Shown piece by piece: positions 9,588 to 18,091 of a DNA stretch of 64,000 nucleotides (position 1 is its first letter; each line of letters starts with the position of its first letter). A program made the position numbers and the translations under genes. The stretch is from an uncultured delta proteobacterium (GTDB lineage Bacteria; Myxococcota_A; Polyangia; Palsa-1104): contig CAWAWS010000009.1 of the NCBI GenBank assembly GCA_963785725.1, positions 1-64,000 on the forward strand, in the 5' to 3' direction. Below the pieces are notes generated by a model. The model worked only from the letters and a program-made list of their open reading frames with translations, was not told the origin of the DNA and made no database searches.

Positions 9588-11609
9588 TTACGCCGACTGC
9601 GTGAGCCGCGCGTAACGCGCCAAGGCCCACGCCGGGAAATAATCCTTGTAGAGCCGATAGTCGAGCATCGCCGTCGAGAAGAAGACGCCCGACTGCGACT
9701 GCTGCGGCCATTGTCCGTCGGCGAGCTGCCGCGACTGCAGCCACGCGATGGCGCGCGTGATCGCCGGATGCGTCGGCGGCAGTGTCTCCAAGAGCGCCAA
9801 CGCGGCCCACGCCGTCATCGCCGCTTGGCTCTCGGGATGCTCGACATATTCGTCGCGCACGCAGCTGGAGAAGTGCTCGCCCCAGCCGCCGTCGGGCTTC
9901 TGCTTGCCGACGAGCCAGTCGATGGCGCGGGCGATGGCCGGATCGCTCGCCGGCACGCCGGCCGCGCTCAGCGCCTCGACGACGTGGAAGATGGCGTAGG
10001 TGAAGTTGACGCCCCAAAAGCCGAGGTAGCTGCCGTCGGCGAGCTGGCGCGAGCGCAGGAGCGTGACGCCGCGGGCGATGGCGTCGTCGACTTCGCGGCG
10101 CATGAGCGCGGGAAAGACGCGGCGGAAGCGGGCCAGCGCGCCCACGCACGACGCCGTGCACTCGGTGTACGAGCGCTCGGTCATGCAGTTGCCGTACATC
10201 TCGGATGGGTTGATCCACTCGAGGATTTGCGAGCCGCGCCGCGCTTCGTAGCTGCCGAAGCCGCCGTCGACGTTCTGGCGCCGCATGATGAAGCGCGCCG
10301 CCTGCGCCAGCCGCTCGTCGCTGATGCGGCGCACGCCGGCGGGCAAGAGCGCCAAGACCTCATGGCTCGCGTGCAGCTCCATGAGCGACGTCATGGCTTC
10401 GGCGGTGCAATCGGAGACGGCCCAGCGATGCTCGCCGTCGGAGAAGCACCAGCCGCCGACGATGGGCTCGCGGCGCTCGCGCTTGCCGCCGATGAGCTCC
10501 TCTTGCATCTGCGCGTCGCGCAGCCAGTTGTAGGCGCGCGTCAGCGTCGTGGTCGCCGTGTCGCTCGCGCGCTGCGCCGCCGGCGCCTCCAAGATCGCGC
10601 GCATGCCGAAGGCCGTATCCCACGACGTCGAATGCGCGCCGCAGTAGCGAATGCCCTCGGCCTCGTCTTCCCACTTCCACGACTGCATCGCCGCCAGCGA
10701 CGACTCGAACGCGGCGTGCTTCTCGGCGAACAGCGCCAAACAGTTCAACAGGCCGTTGACCGGCGACAGGCCTTGGCCGCGCGTCGCCGTCTGCTCGTAC
10801 AAGATGCGCTCGAAACAGTGGCTGAGCGCGCGCTTGCGCAGCGGCGAGAGCGCGAATTTCTCGTAGCGATAGAGCACGTCGTAAGCCGCGCGCAAGGGAC
10901 GGCTCGGGCGCACGTGCAGGTCGCCGGCGGCGATGTCGTGACGATGGGCCGCGAAGTCGATCTCGTGATACGGCTGCGCATATAGCTCGCGGCGCAAATC
11001 GTCGCCAAGCGCGCCCAAGTCGTGACGAAAACGGCGGCCGTACAAATAACCGATACCCAAATAGATATAACGGGTATGGCAATAGAAGTTATTGGGATGA
11101 ACCGGAAGCCAGTCGGGCAGTAAGAATAACTCGGGCGGAACCGGGTTCATGCCCTCGTATTCGTAGAGCCCGACCATCGCCAGCCAGAACTTGCCCCACG
11201 ACGGCACGGACAGGACGCCGCCCGGCTGCGCGTGCAGCCACTGCCGGGCGCGACGACAGCGCGGATCGTCGGCGGCGACGCCGAGCAGGCGCAAGGCGAC
11301 GTAGGCGAGCGAGGTCATGAAGACGAAGGGGCCGCCTTCGCCGTGCATGGCCCAGCCGCCTTCGGGCGTCTGCGTCGTCTCGTACTGATGGAGAATGCGC
11401 GCTCGCGTGCGCGCGTCGATCGCCGGCAATTTGCCGACGATGTGCTGCACGATCACCCACTGCGAGAGCAGCATCGAGTTCCACACCATCTCCGCTTCCC
11501 AGGCTCCATTCGGGAGCTGGACGGCGGCGAGGTGGTCGATGGCCCGCGTCAGCGAATCGGCTTCGTCAGGCGCGCTGTCTATTTCGGCTTCCGCGCGCTC
11601 GAAAATCAC
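9588..11609 (-). CDS. osc: 2,3-oxidosqualene cyclase (sterol/triterpene synthase)
   Basis: Catalytic VSDCTAEA (OSC type, not the DxDD of squalene-hopene cyclase), PSWGKFWL, FYCHTRYIY, INPSEMYGNCMTERSYTECT, WGVNFTY, and QW repeats (QKPDGGWGE, QLADGQW). The GTG start overlaps the Rieske stop (GTGA, 11606-11609). Confidence 0.95.
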   Translation of the reverse strand: MIFERAEAEIDSAPDEADSLTRAIDHLAAVQLPNGAWEAEMVWNSMLLSQWVIVQHIVGKLPAIDARTRARILHQYETTQTPEGGWAMHGEGGPFVFMTSLAYVALRLLGVAADDPRCRRARQWLHAQPGGVLSVPSWGKFWLAMVGLYEYEGMNPVPPELFLLPDWLPVHPNNFYCHTRYIYLGIGYLYGRRFRHDLGALGDDLRRELYAQPYHEIDFAAHRHDIAAGDLHVRPSRPLRAAYDVLYRYEKFALSPLRKRALSHCFERILYEQTATRGQGLSPVNGLLNCLALFAEKHAAFESSLAAMQSWKWEDEAEGIRYCGAHSTSWDTAFGMRAILEAPAAQRASDTATTTLTRAYNWLRDAQMQEELIGGKRERREPIVGGWCFSDGEHRWAVSDCTAEAMTSLMELHASHEVLALLPAGVRRISDERLAQAARFIMRRQNVDGGFGSYEARRGSQILEWINPSEMYGNCMTERSYTECTASCVGALARFRRVFPALMRREVDDAIARGVTLLRSRQLADGSYLGFWGVNFTYAIFHVVEALSAAGVPASDPAIARAIDWLVGKQKPDGGWGEHFSSCVRDEYVEHPESQAAMTAWAALALLETLPPTHPAITRAIAWLQSRQLADGQWPQQSQSGVFFSTAMLDYRLYKDYFPAWALARYARLTQSA

Positions 11610-12715
11610 GCATCGGCCTTGGCGAGATGCTCTTCCCACTTACGAATCGTCAGCGCCTGGAACTCGTGCACCGCCGGATTGAGCTCGGCGATGGGCTTCT
11701 CGTAGTGACGATTGTAGCCCTCTTGCTCGAGGCGAACCGCGAGGCCGTCCTCGTCGAGCAGCGGCTTGACCTGGAAGATCTTGGCCAGCGGCATCACCAC
11801 TTTGCGCAACAGCCAGCCGGGCAGACGAATCGCGCCGAGGCCGGGAATCTTCACCAGCTCGTGCGCGAAATAGAACAGGAAGATGGCGCGCGTCGTGGTC
11901 TCGTCGATCGGCACCACGAAGCACCAATGCTTGATGAGACCGCCGGTGTTCGAGCGCTGATACGGATATTCGTAAGCCAATTTGATATGGCTGGTATCGG
12001 CATTCTCGCGATTGACGAAATAGGACGTGATGCCGCCGCCACCGACGAGCGTGTCGTATTCGAGGCTGACCATGTCGCCGGTCGATTCCAGCTTGGTCAG
12101 CTTGGCGTCCCAAAAGGGTTTGTACTTGCGGTGCAAATAGGCGTGCGTGAAATCGCTGACGTTGTCCATGACCATCGAGTGATGGCCTTTGACGATCATG
12201 TCGATGGGAATGAGCCCCCACGGATCGCGCCCTTGCAGCTCGGGAATCTCCGGGATCTTGCGCTCGTTGGCCAACGCCGCGTCGCCCGGGAAGATCCAGA
12301 TGAGGCCGTGCTTCACCTGCACCGGGAACTGCTTGACCTTGAACTCCGGCATCTTCTTGTCGAAGAGCTCGTGCGGAATCTTCACGCACTTGCCGCTGCC
12401 GTCATATTGCCAGCCGTGATACGGGCACACGAGCTGGCAGCCCTCGACGTGGCCTTCGGTGAGCTTGAGCTGACGATGGGCGCAGCGGTTCTCGATGGCG
12501 TTCATGGCGCCGTCTTGCCCGCGGAAGATGGCGATCGACTGCTTCCACCAGACGACTTCTTTGACTTCGCCGCGCTTGACGTTCTTGTCCCACTCGACCG
12601 CGTACCAATAGTCGGGGTTCATGCCAGCGGCGCGCGCCTTCTGACGACGATTGGTGGCTTCGTCGAACGACGGCGGACCGCTCCGCAACGTCACCAGCTT
12701 CACGGGCTCTTTCAT
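11606..12715 (-). CDS. Rieske non-heme iron oxygenase, putative sterol C-4 methyl oxidase (SdmA-like)
   Basis: Rieske ligands NRCAHR...CPYHGW and mononuclear Fe motif DNVSDFTHAYLH. Coupled to osc. GGGAG RBS upstream of ATG 12715. Confidence 0.8.
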   Translation of the reverse strand: MKEPVKLVTLRSGPPSFDEATNRRQKARAAGMNPDYWYAVEWDKNVKRGEVKEVVWWKQSIAIFRGQDGAMNAIENRCAHRQLKLTEGHVEGCQLVCPYHGWQYDGSGKCVKIPHELFDKKMPEFKVKQFPVQVKHGLIWIFPGDAALANERKIPEIPELQGRDPWGLIPIDMIVKGHHSMVMDNVSDFTHAYLHRKYKPFWDAKLTKLESTGDMVSLEYDTLVGGGGITSYFVNRENADTSHIKLAYEYPYQRSNTGGLIKHWCFVVPIDETTTRAIFLFYFAHELVKIPGLGAIRLPGWLLRKVVMPLAKIFQVKPLLDEDGLAVRLEQEGYNRHYEKPIAELNPAVHEFQALTIRKWEEHLAKADA

Positions 12716-12735
12716 GGTCGCTCCCAAAGTATTTC

Positions 12736-13824
12736 TCAGCCGGCGGCGCGCTTGTCGGACGCGGGCTTGCCGTCCGTCGCCGTCGTCGACTGCATGACGT
12801 CCGCGCGCGGATTGTGGATGTCGCCGCGATTCGCAAAGAACTGATAGGCCTCGCGCACGGCGTCTTCAATAGGCGTCGGGCGGAAGCCGAGCTCGCGCTG
12901 GGCCTTACCGGTGTCGGCGTGGCGATTGAGCCGCAAGACGCGAATGGCGCCCGGCGTCAGCCGCTGCGGGCGCGAGGGAAACAGCGTCGACTGCACGAAC
13001 TGCGAGATCGGCGCCACCATCGCGAGCAGGCCCGCCGGCAAGCGACGCGGCCGCTTCTTGCCCGTGACGCGCTCGAAGATGTCCATGAGCGTGTCCATCG
13101 AGTGGAAGCCGCTCGAGATGATGTATTTGTGGCCGGTGCGGCCTTTTTCCATCGCCAACACGTGGCCGTTGGCGATGTCGCGCGCAGCCACGAACTCGAA
13201 GCCGCCCGGGATGTACGCGCGCAATTTGCCGTTGGCGAAGTCGCGCAAGACCGCGCCCATGCGCGACGGCATGAAGTCGTTGGGCCCCAAGATCGCGCAC
13301 GACGTGGCGATGACGACGTCTTGCCCTTCGGCGACGGCGCGCAGGCACTCGAGCTCGACCGCCTGCTTCGACTTCTCGTAGGGCATGACGTGGTCGAACG
13401 GATTGAAGGGCTCGGTCTCGTCGCTGGGGCGACCGTCGGTGCGATGGCCGACGGCGCTGAAGCTGCCGGTGACGACGACGCGGCCGACGCCGGCTTCGCG
13501 CGCGGCCGCGAGTAAATTCTTGGTGCCGACGACGTTGTTCTCGAACAGCGCCTGCTCTTGCCCGTCGACGGTCGAGATCTGCGCGGCGCAGTGGAAGATG
13601 CGATCGATGCCTTTGACGGCGGCGCGCAAGGACTCGGGCTCGCGCAGATCGCCGTAGACGACTTCGACGTCAATGCCGGCGAAGGCGGCCTGGTTGGCTT
13701 GCGCTTCCTCGCGCCGCGCCAGCGCGCGAATCGAGACTCCGCTTCCCGCCTTAGCGTCAGCCAATAGGCGGCGAATCAAGTTCGCGCCCAGGTGGCCGGC
13801 ACCGCCCGTGACCAGGACCTTCAT
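12736..13824 (-). CDS. Extended SDR / NAD-dependent 3beta-HSD-decarboxylase-like protein (SdmB-like)
   Basis: MKVLVTGGAGHLGANL and YEKSK (YxxxK). First gene of the SDR-Rieske-OSC operon. Confidence 0.8.
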   Translation of the reverse strand: MKVLVTGGAGHLGANLIRRLLADAKAGSGVSIRALARREEAQANQAAFAGIDVEVVYGDLREPESLRAAVKGIDRIFHCAAQISTVDGQEQALFENNVVGTKNLLAAAREAGVGRVVVTGSFSAVGHRTDGRPSDETEPFNPFDHVMPYEKSKQAVELECLRAVAEGQDVVIATSCAILGPNDFMPSRMGAVLRDFANGKLRAYIPGGFEFVAARDIANGHVLAMEKGRTGHKYIISSGFHSMDTLMDIFERVTGKKRPRRLPAGLLAMVAPISQFVQSTLFPSRPQRLTPGAIRVLRLNRHADTGKAQRELGFRPTPIEDAVREAYQFFANRGDIHNPRADVMQSTTATDGKPASDKRAAG

Positions 13825-13994
13825 GCGCTCATTTGATTATCGCCGAAAGTGGCGGTTGTCCAGCGAAAGCTAGGTGCGAAATCGCACGAAACCTGCGCAA
13901 CACAAGGGTTTTCCGCGCTTGAAACCGCACGAGTGTTGACTGTGCACGCGCTTTTATGGCCAATTGCGCCAAACCATCAAAGTCAGGGTGACGA
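13825..13994. promoter_or_regulatory. Divergent promoter region between the SDR-Rieske-OSC operon and the sterol methyltransferase
   Basis: 170 bp, lower-GC intergenic segment between divergent starts. TTGACT (-35-like) at 13936-13941; the -10 match is weak. Confidence 0.45.
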
Positions 13995-15023
13995 ATGACG
14001 GAGAAGCCGCAGCTGACCGACCTCGTGCAGACCTCGCTGGCCAACGACGCGGTCAAGAACGTCGTCGACGAGTATCACTCGTTCCACGCCGGCACCGTCG
14101 AGACGCGCAAGGCGAACTACACGCAGATGGTGAACGACTATTACGATCTCGTGACCGACTTCTACGAGTTCGGTTGGGGGCAGTCGTTTCACTTCGCGCC
14201 GCGCCATAAAGGCGAGTCTTTCGATGCGTCCTTGGCGCGTCACGAGTTCAACCTCGCGCTGCGCCTCGGCCTCAAGCCCGGCATGAAAGTGCTCGACGTC
14301 GGCTGCGGCATCGGCGGGCCGATGCGCGCCATCGCGCGCTTCTCGGGCGCGACCATCGTCGGCGTCAACAACAACGACTATCAGATCAAGCGCGGCACCA
14401 AGCAGAACCAAGACGCCGGGCTCGCCAATCGCTGCTCGTTCATGAAGGCCGACTTCATGAAGCTGCCCGTGCCCGACAAGAGCTACGACGGCGTCTACGC
14501 CATCGAAGCGACCTGCCACGCGCCCGACAAGGTCAAGCTGTTCACCGAGCTCTTCCGCGTCATGAAAGACGGCGCCGAGTTTGCCGGTTACGAATGGTGC
14601 CTGACGAAGAAGTACGACGCCGGCAACCCCGAGCACCGCGCGATCAAGAAGGGCATCGAGGAGGGCGACGCGCTGCCGGACATTTGGTACGAGAAGGACG
14701 TCGTCGACGCGCTCAAGCAGTCGGGCTTCGAGGTCATCAACGCGCTGGACATGGCGCCGCAGTCCGACCACGAGACGCCGTGGTACTTGCCGCTCTCGGG
14801 CAAAATGTCGCTGCAGGGCTTCAAGCACACCGAGCTCGGCCGCATCGCCACCAACGCGTTCGTGCGCGTCCTCGAAGCGGCGAAGGTCGCGCCCAAAGGC
14901 TCGACGGCGGTGTCGTCGTTCTTGAACGCGGGCGCCAAGGCGCTCGTGCGCGGCGGCGAGACCGGCATCTTCACGCCCATGTTCTTCTTCCACGTCCGCA
15001 AGCCCGCCTCGTCCAAAGCGTAA
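13995..15023 (+). CDS. smt: Sterol C-24 methyltransferase (ERG6/SMT1 family)
   Basis: All SMT signature regions are present: YYDLVTDFYEFGWGQSFHFAP, VLDVGCGIGGPMRAIARFSG, NNNDYQIKRG, YAIEATCHAP, YEWCLT, IEEGDALP, PWYLPL, GGETGIFTPMFFF. Confidence 0.93.
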   Translation: MTEKPQLTDLVQTSLANDAVKNVVDEYHSFHAGTVETRKANYTQMVNDYYDLVTDFYEFGWGQSFHFAPRHKGESFDASLARHEFNLALRLGLKPGMKVLDVGCGIGGPMRAIARFSGATIVGVNNNDYQIKRGTKQNQDAGLANRCSFMKADFMKLPVPDKSYDGVYAIEATCHAPDKVKLFTELFRVMKDGAEFAGYEWCLTKKYDAGNPEHRAIKKGIEEGDALPDIWYEKDVVDALKQSGFEVINALDMAPQSDHETPWYLPLSGKMSLQGFKHTELGRIATNAFVRVLEAAKVAPKGSTAVSSFLNAGAKALVRGGETGIFTPMFFFHVRKPASSKA

Positions 15024-15034
15024 GGAGTCGCTCC

Positions 15035-15109
15035 GACATACTGTGCGCGGGCTCAGACAGTCCTCGGCTTACAGCCTGCGGGAGACAACTCGCCCGCGCA
15101 CAGTATGTC
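15035..15109. repeat. Perfect 18-bp inverted repeat (stem-loop) downstream of smt
   Basis: GACATACTGTGCGCGGGC (15035-15052) pairs with GCCCGCGCACAGTATGTC (15092-15109). The 39-nt loop contains a GGCT-TAC-AGCC hairpin. A T-rich tract follows at about 15120. Confidence 0.8.
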
Positions 15110-15329
15110 TCCGCTCCGCTTTCTCGTTTTAGTCTCGTTGGAACCCTTCAGAAATTGGCCCGCATGACCGACACGCTCGGTCGTCAAGGCCGCTCGTCGC
15201 GCAAGCCCCGAAACGCGACGTCTTGTGCCTATTTTTGCGCTGCTGATCTGGTGGAGTGACGTCGGCGCTGCGATAAAGCGGCGCCCATAAACCAACCACT
15301 ATTCGGCCCGATCAACCGATGGTCGCCGC

Positions 15330-16400
15330 TCAGTATACGAACGGAATCATGCGAAACCGCGCGCGCTGACAATACTCGCGCCACAGCTCGCCATACTTCG
15401 CCGCGCACCGCTGCTCGTCGCGCCACGCGCGATGCGTGAACAAACAAACGAGCCAGAACGGCAGCAAATAGGGGACGACCGAATCGAACCCCGTGCAAAT
15501 GGTCCACGAGAAATAGACCATCAGCTCGCCGGTGTAATTGAGCTTGCGGCCGATTCCCCAAAACCCCGACACCAATAGTCGGCCGCCGACCGTCTCCGGC
15601 GTCTTCCCCCAAATCGGCGCTTTGGGGTTTTCCTTGTACTGATGCTTCTGCTCGTTCGACCCGCGAAACAGCCAGAATCCGCAGGCGAACAGCAGCGCCA
15701 GCGCCGCCACTTCATAAGCCGGCATGGGCGCCGTATTGCGCAGCATGTACCAGCCGCAAATGCAGTAGAAGAACGGGACGACCACGTAATCGCCCCACAC
15801 CAGCATGAAGCCGAAGTTCTCGGCGATCACGTCCCAGGTATGCAGCATCCCGTATTCGAATTGAAAGTAATTGAAGATGTAAATGGTGAAGAACGTCTCG
15901 TATAGCGCCATGCGCGTCGTCAAATGGCCGAGCTCTTGATACTGCATGGCCGCGAATGAAAGATTGAGCACCCATAAGCCCATCAACGACGGCATATAAG
16001 CGAACATCTTCAGATCGACGCCCCATAAATCGGGGTTGAGCTCGGGGCCGAACCAGAAATCGTGGAGCACGCCTTTGTCGCTGTGCTTGCGACCGACGGC
16101 GTAGAGCCAGCCGGTATGCACGAACGCGAACACGTTGCCGACGACGAGCAGCGGCCAGAACAGCTCGTTGACGCGCGCCAGATTGCCGATCTTCGTAAAC
16201 TGCACGACGGCGAGCCCGACGGCGAGCACGATGAGCAAGAGAAAGCCGTTGAGCTTGTAAGTCTTGCGCGTGCCGTCGCGCAGCTGCTGCCCTTGCTTGA
16301 GCGGCCCCGGCAAGAACTTGCGCAGGACGAAGAGCACCGCCACGAAACCAATATAAATGGCCGTCGCCGATAAGAGGTTTTGCACTGTGATGGATTGCAT
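15330..16400 (-). CDS. ERG4/ERG24-family sterol reductase, most like Delta14 (C-14) reductase (plant FACKEL type)
   Basis: TYKLNG, DFWFGPELNP, WDVIAENFGFMLVWGD, FRGSNEQKHQYKENPKAPIWGK...GGRLLVSGFWGIGRKLNYTGE and HRAWRDEQRCAAKYGELWREYC...MIPFVY. Compact, 356 aa. Confidence 0.88.
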   Translation of the reverse strand: MQSITVQNLLSATAIYIGFVAVLFVLRKFLPGPLKQGQQLRDGTRKTYKLNGFLLLIVLAVGLAVVQFTKIGNLARVNELFWPLLVVGNVFAFVHTGWLYAVGRKHSDKGVLHDFWFGPELNPDLWGVDLKMFAYMPSLMGLWVLNLSFAAMQYQELGHLTTRMALYETFFTIYIFNYFQFEYGMLHTWDVIAENFGFMLVWGDYVVVPFFYCICGWYMLRNTAPMPAYEVAALALLFACGFWLFRGSNEQKHQYKENPKAPIWGKTPETVGGRLLVSGFWGIGRKLNYTGELMVYFSWTICTGFDSVVPYLLPFWLVCLFTHRAWRDEQRCAAKYGELWREYCQRARFRMIPFVY

Positions 16401-16493
16401 TTTCGATTTCTTTCGGAGGGAGTTTGCTGCGGTAATGCTTAGGACGACTAAGCGTTCATTCGTCTAATCGAGACGATTGCGTCCCGATTGAAT

Positions 16494-17990
16494 TTAGCTC
16501 TTCGAGCTGATCATCGCCTTGACGGCGCGCATCTCCTCGACCAGCGGCCGCATCGGCGGCTTCGAGCGATCGGTCTCGATCTGCGCGTCGAGCGCCTTCG
16601 TGGCGTCGGCCGACGTCTTGTCCGCGACTTTGCCGATCGCGAACAACACGGCGATGCGCACCACCGGCTCGTGCGAATTGACCTTCGTCAACAACGGCGC
16701 CAGCGCCGCCTTGCCGAGGCGCGACAACATGAACGCCGCCTTCTCTTGATGCGTGAGCTTGGAGTCATTGAGCGCCTTGCCGTAGCAGGTCACGTCCTTG
16801 CCGCACTGCTTGCCGACGTCGAGCCGCTCGGCGTCCTCGGCGAACTCCGCCGTCGCCGCCTTCTCGGCCGCCGCCACCGGCGCGAACGCCGCCGCTTCCG
16901 CCGGCCCGCCGAGTCGCCCGTACGCCAGCGCCGCCGCCAAGCGCACGTCGGGATACTTCTGGCCGTCCTTGGTCACGTCGCCCGTCTTGGCCGTCGACAA
17001 CAGCGCCGGCAGCGCCGCCGGATCGCCCGACAGGTTCAGCGCTTCCGCCGCCGAGATGCGCACCTTGAAGTCGCGCTTGCCGTCGGTGAGCACGCCCGTG
17101 ATGTCCTTCGTCGTCGCCGGATCGCCGATCATGCCGAGCGCGTACAAGGCGCCCGTGTGGTTGTCGCCCTTTTGCGGCTTCTTCAGCTCCGCCAGCAGCA
17201 AGCTCGTCGCCTCTTTGGCGCGCAGATCGCCGAGCATGAGCGCCGTCTTCTGCTCGATGACGCCGGGACGGAACTCGCCCTTCTTCGCGTCCGCTTCCAG
17301 ATCGGCGTTCTTGTGCTCGTGCGCGTCCATCAGCGGCTGAATCGCCGGCTTGCCGATCGTCAACAGCGCCACCCGGCACTCGGCGAAGATGTCCGCGCCG
17401 CGACCGGTCATGAACATGCCGCGCACGAGCGCCGGCACCGCCTTCGGATCGCTGAAGTCGGCCAGCGCCGCCGCCGCCATCTTGTTGAGATAGAAGTCCT
17501 GATCGTCGGCCGACGTCTCGACGACCTTGGCCAACGCCGGCACTGCGCGCGGATCGTGAATCTTCGCCAGCGACTTCATCGCCTCTTGCTTGACGAGGTT
17601 CGCGCGCGACTTGATCGACAGCGGCTTCTGCAGCGCCTTCACCAACGGATCGACCGCGCTCGGATCGGGCGTGTCGCCGAGCGCCGCCGCCGCCGTCGCC
17701 GCGTTGTCGAACGACTCTTCGGAATACTCCAGCGAGTCGATCATCACCGGAATCGCGTCCTTGGACTTGAACGACGCGATCGCCTTCAACACTTCCGGAT
17801 CGTGGTTCTTCTTGTAGAACGCAATCAACGGTGGAATGGCCGCCGGATCCTTCAGCTTCGCCAGCTCGCGAACCGCGTCCTTTTGCTCGACCGGACTATC
17901 GAGCTTCTTGATCCAGGTCTGAGGATCGCGCGGATCCGAGACACAGCCGATTGCAACCAACGACAACGATACCAGCCACCCATGCCGCAT
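16494..17990 (-). CDS. HEAT-repeat lipoprotein
   Basis: Lipobox-like AIGC and repeated AAxALGxxxDPxAVxxL units. Confidence 0.8.
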   Translation of the reverse strand: MRHGWLVSLSLVAIGCVSDPRDPQTWIKKLDSPVEQKDAVRELAKLKDPAAIPPLIAFYKKNHDPEVLKAIASFKSKDAIPVMIDSLEYSEESFDNAATAAAALGDTPDPSAVDPLVKALQKPLSIKSRANLVKQEAMKSLAKIHDPRAVPALAKVVETSADDQDFYLNKMAAAALADFSDPKAVPALVRGMFMTGRGADIFAECRVALLTIGKPAIQPLMDAHEHKNADLEADAKKGEFRPGVIEQKTALMLGDLRAKEATSLLLAELKKPQKGDNHTGALYALGMIGDPATTKDITGVLTDGKRDFKVRISAAEALNLSGDPAALPALLSTAKTGDVTKDGQKYPDVRLAAALAYGRLGGPAEAAAFAPVAAAEKAATAEFAEDAERLDVGKQCGKDVTCYGKALNDSKLTHQEKAAFMLSRLGKAALAPLLTKVNSHEPVVRIAVLFAIGKVADKTSADATKALDAQIETDRSKPPMRPLVEEMRAVKAMISSKS

Positions 17991-18022
17991 CGGAGCGCCT
18001 CGCTTTGTTAAGTCAGGCTGTG

Positions 18023-18066
18023 AAAATGAAAAGCGCCGGAAGGATATCCCTTCCGGCGCTCTTTTC
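18023..18066 (-). terminator. Intrinsic terminator after aglRQS (probably bidirectional)
   Basis: 12-bp stem AGCGCCGGAAGG (18032-18043) / CCTTCCGGCGCT (18049-18060) with a 5-nt loop. An A-tract on the left gives the U-tail on the minus strand; CTTTT lies on the right. Confidence 0.8.
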
Positions 18067-18091
18067 GCAACAATCGTGCGAACGTACCTTG

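Noticed and set aside
9588..11609. Squalene-hopene cyclase / hopanoid cluster (the SDRs resemble HpnA)
   Set aside because: The catalytic motif is DCTAE rather than DxDDTA, and the neighbouring genes are sterol-specific (SMT, ERG24 family).
7399..16400. Eukaryotic contamination as the source of the sterol genes
   Set aside because: The genes are intronless, have Shine-Dalgarno sites and overlapping stop/start codons, mostly match host codon usage, and are interleaved with bacterial genes.
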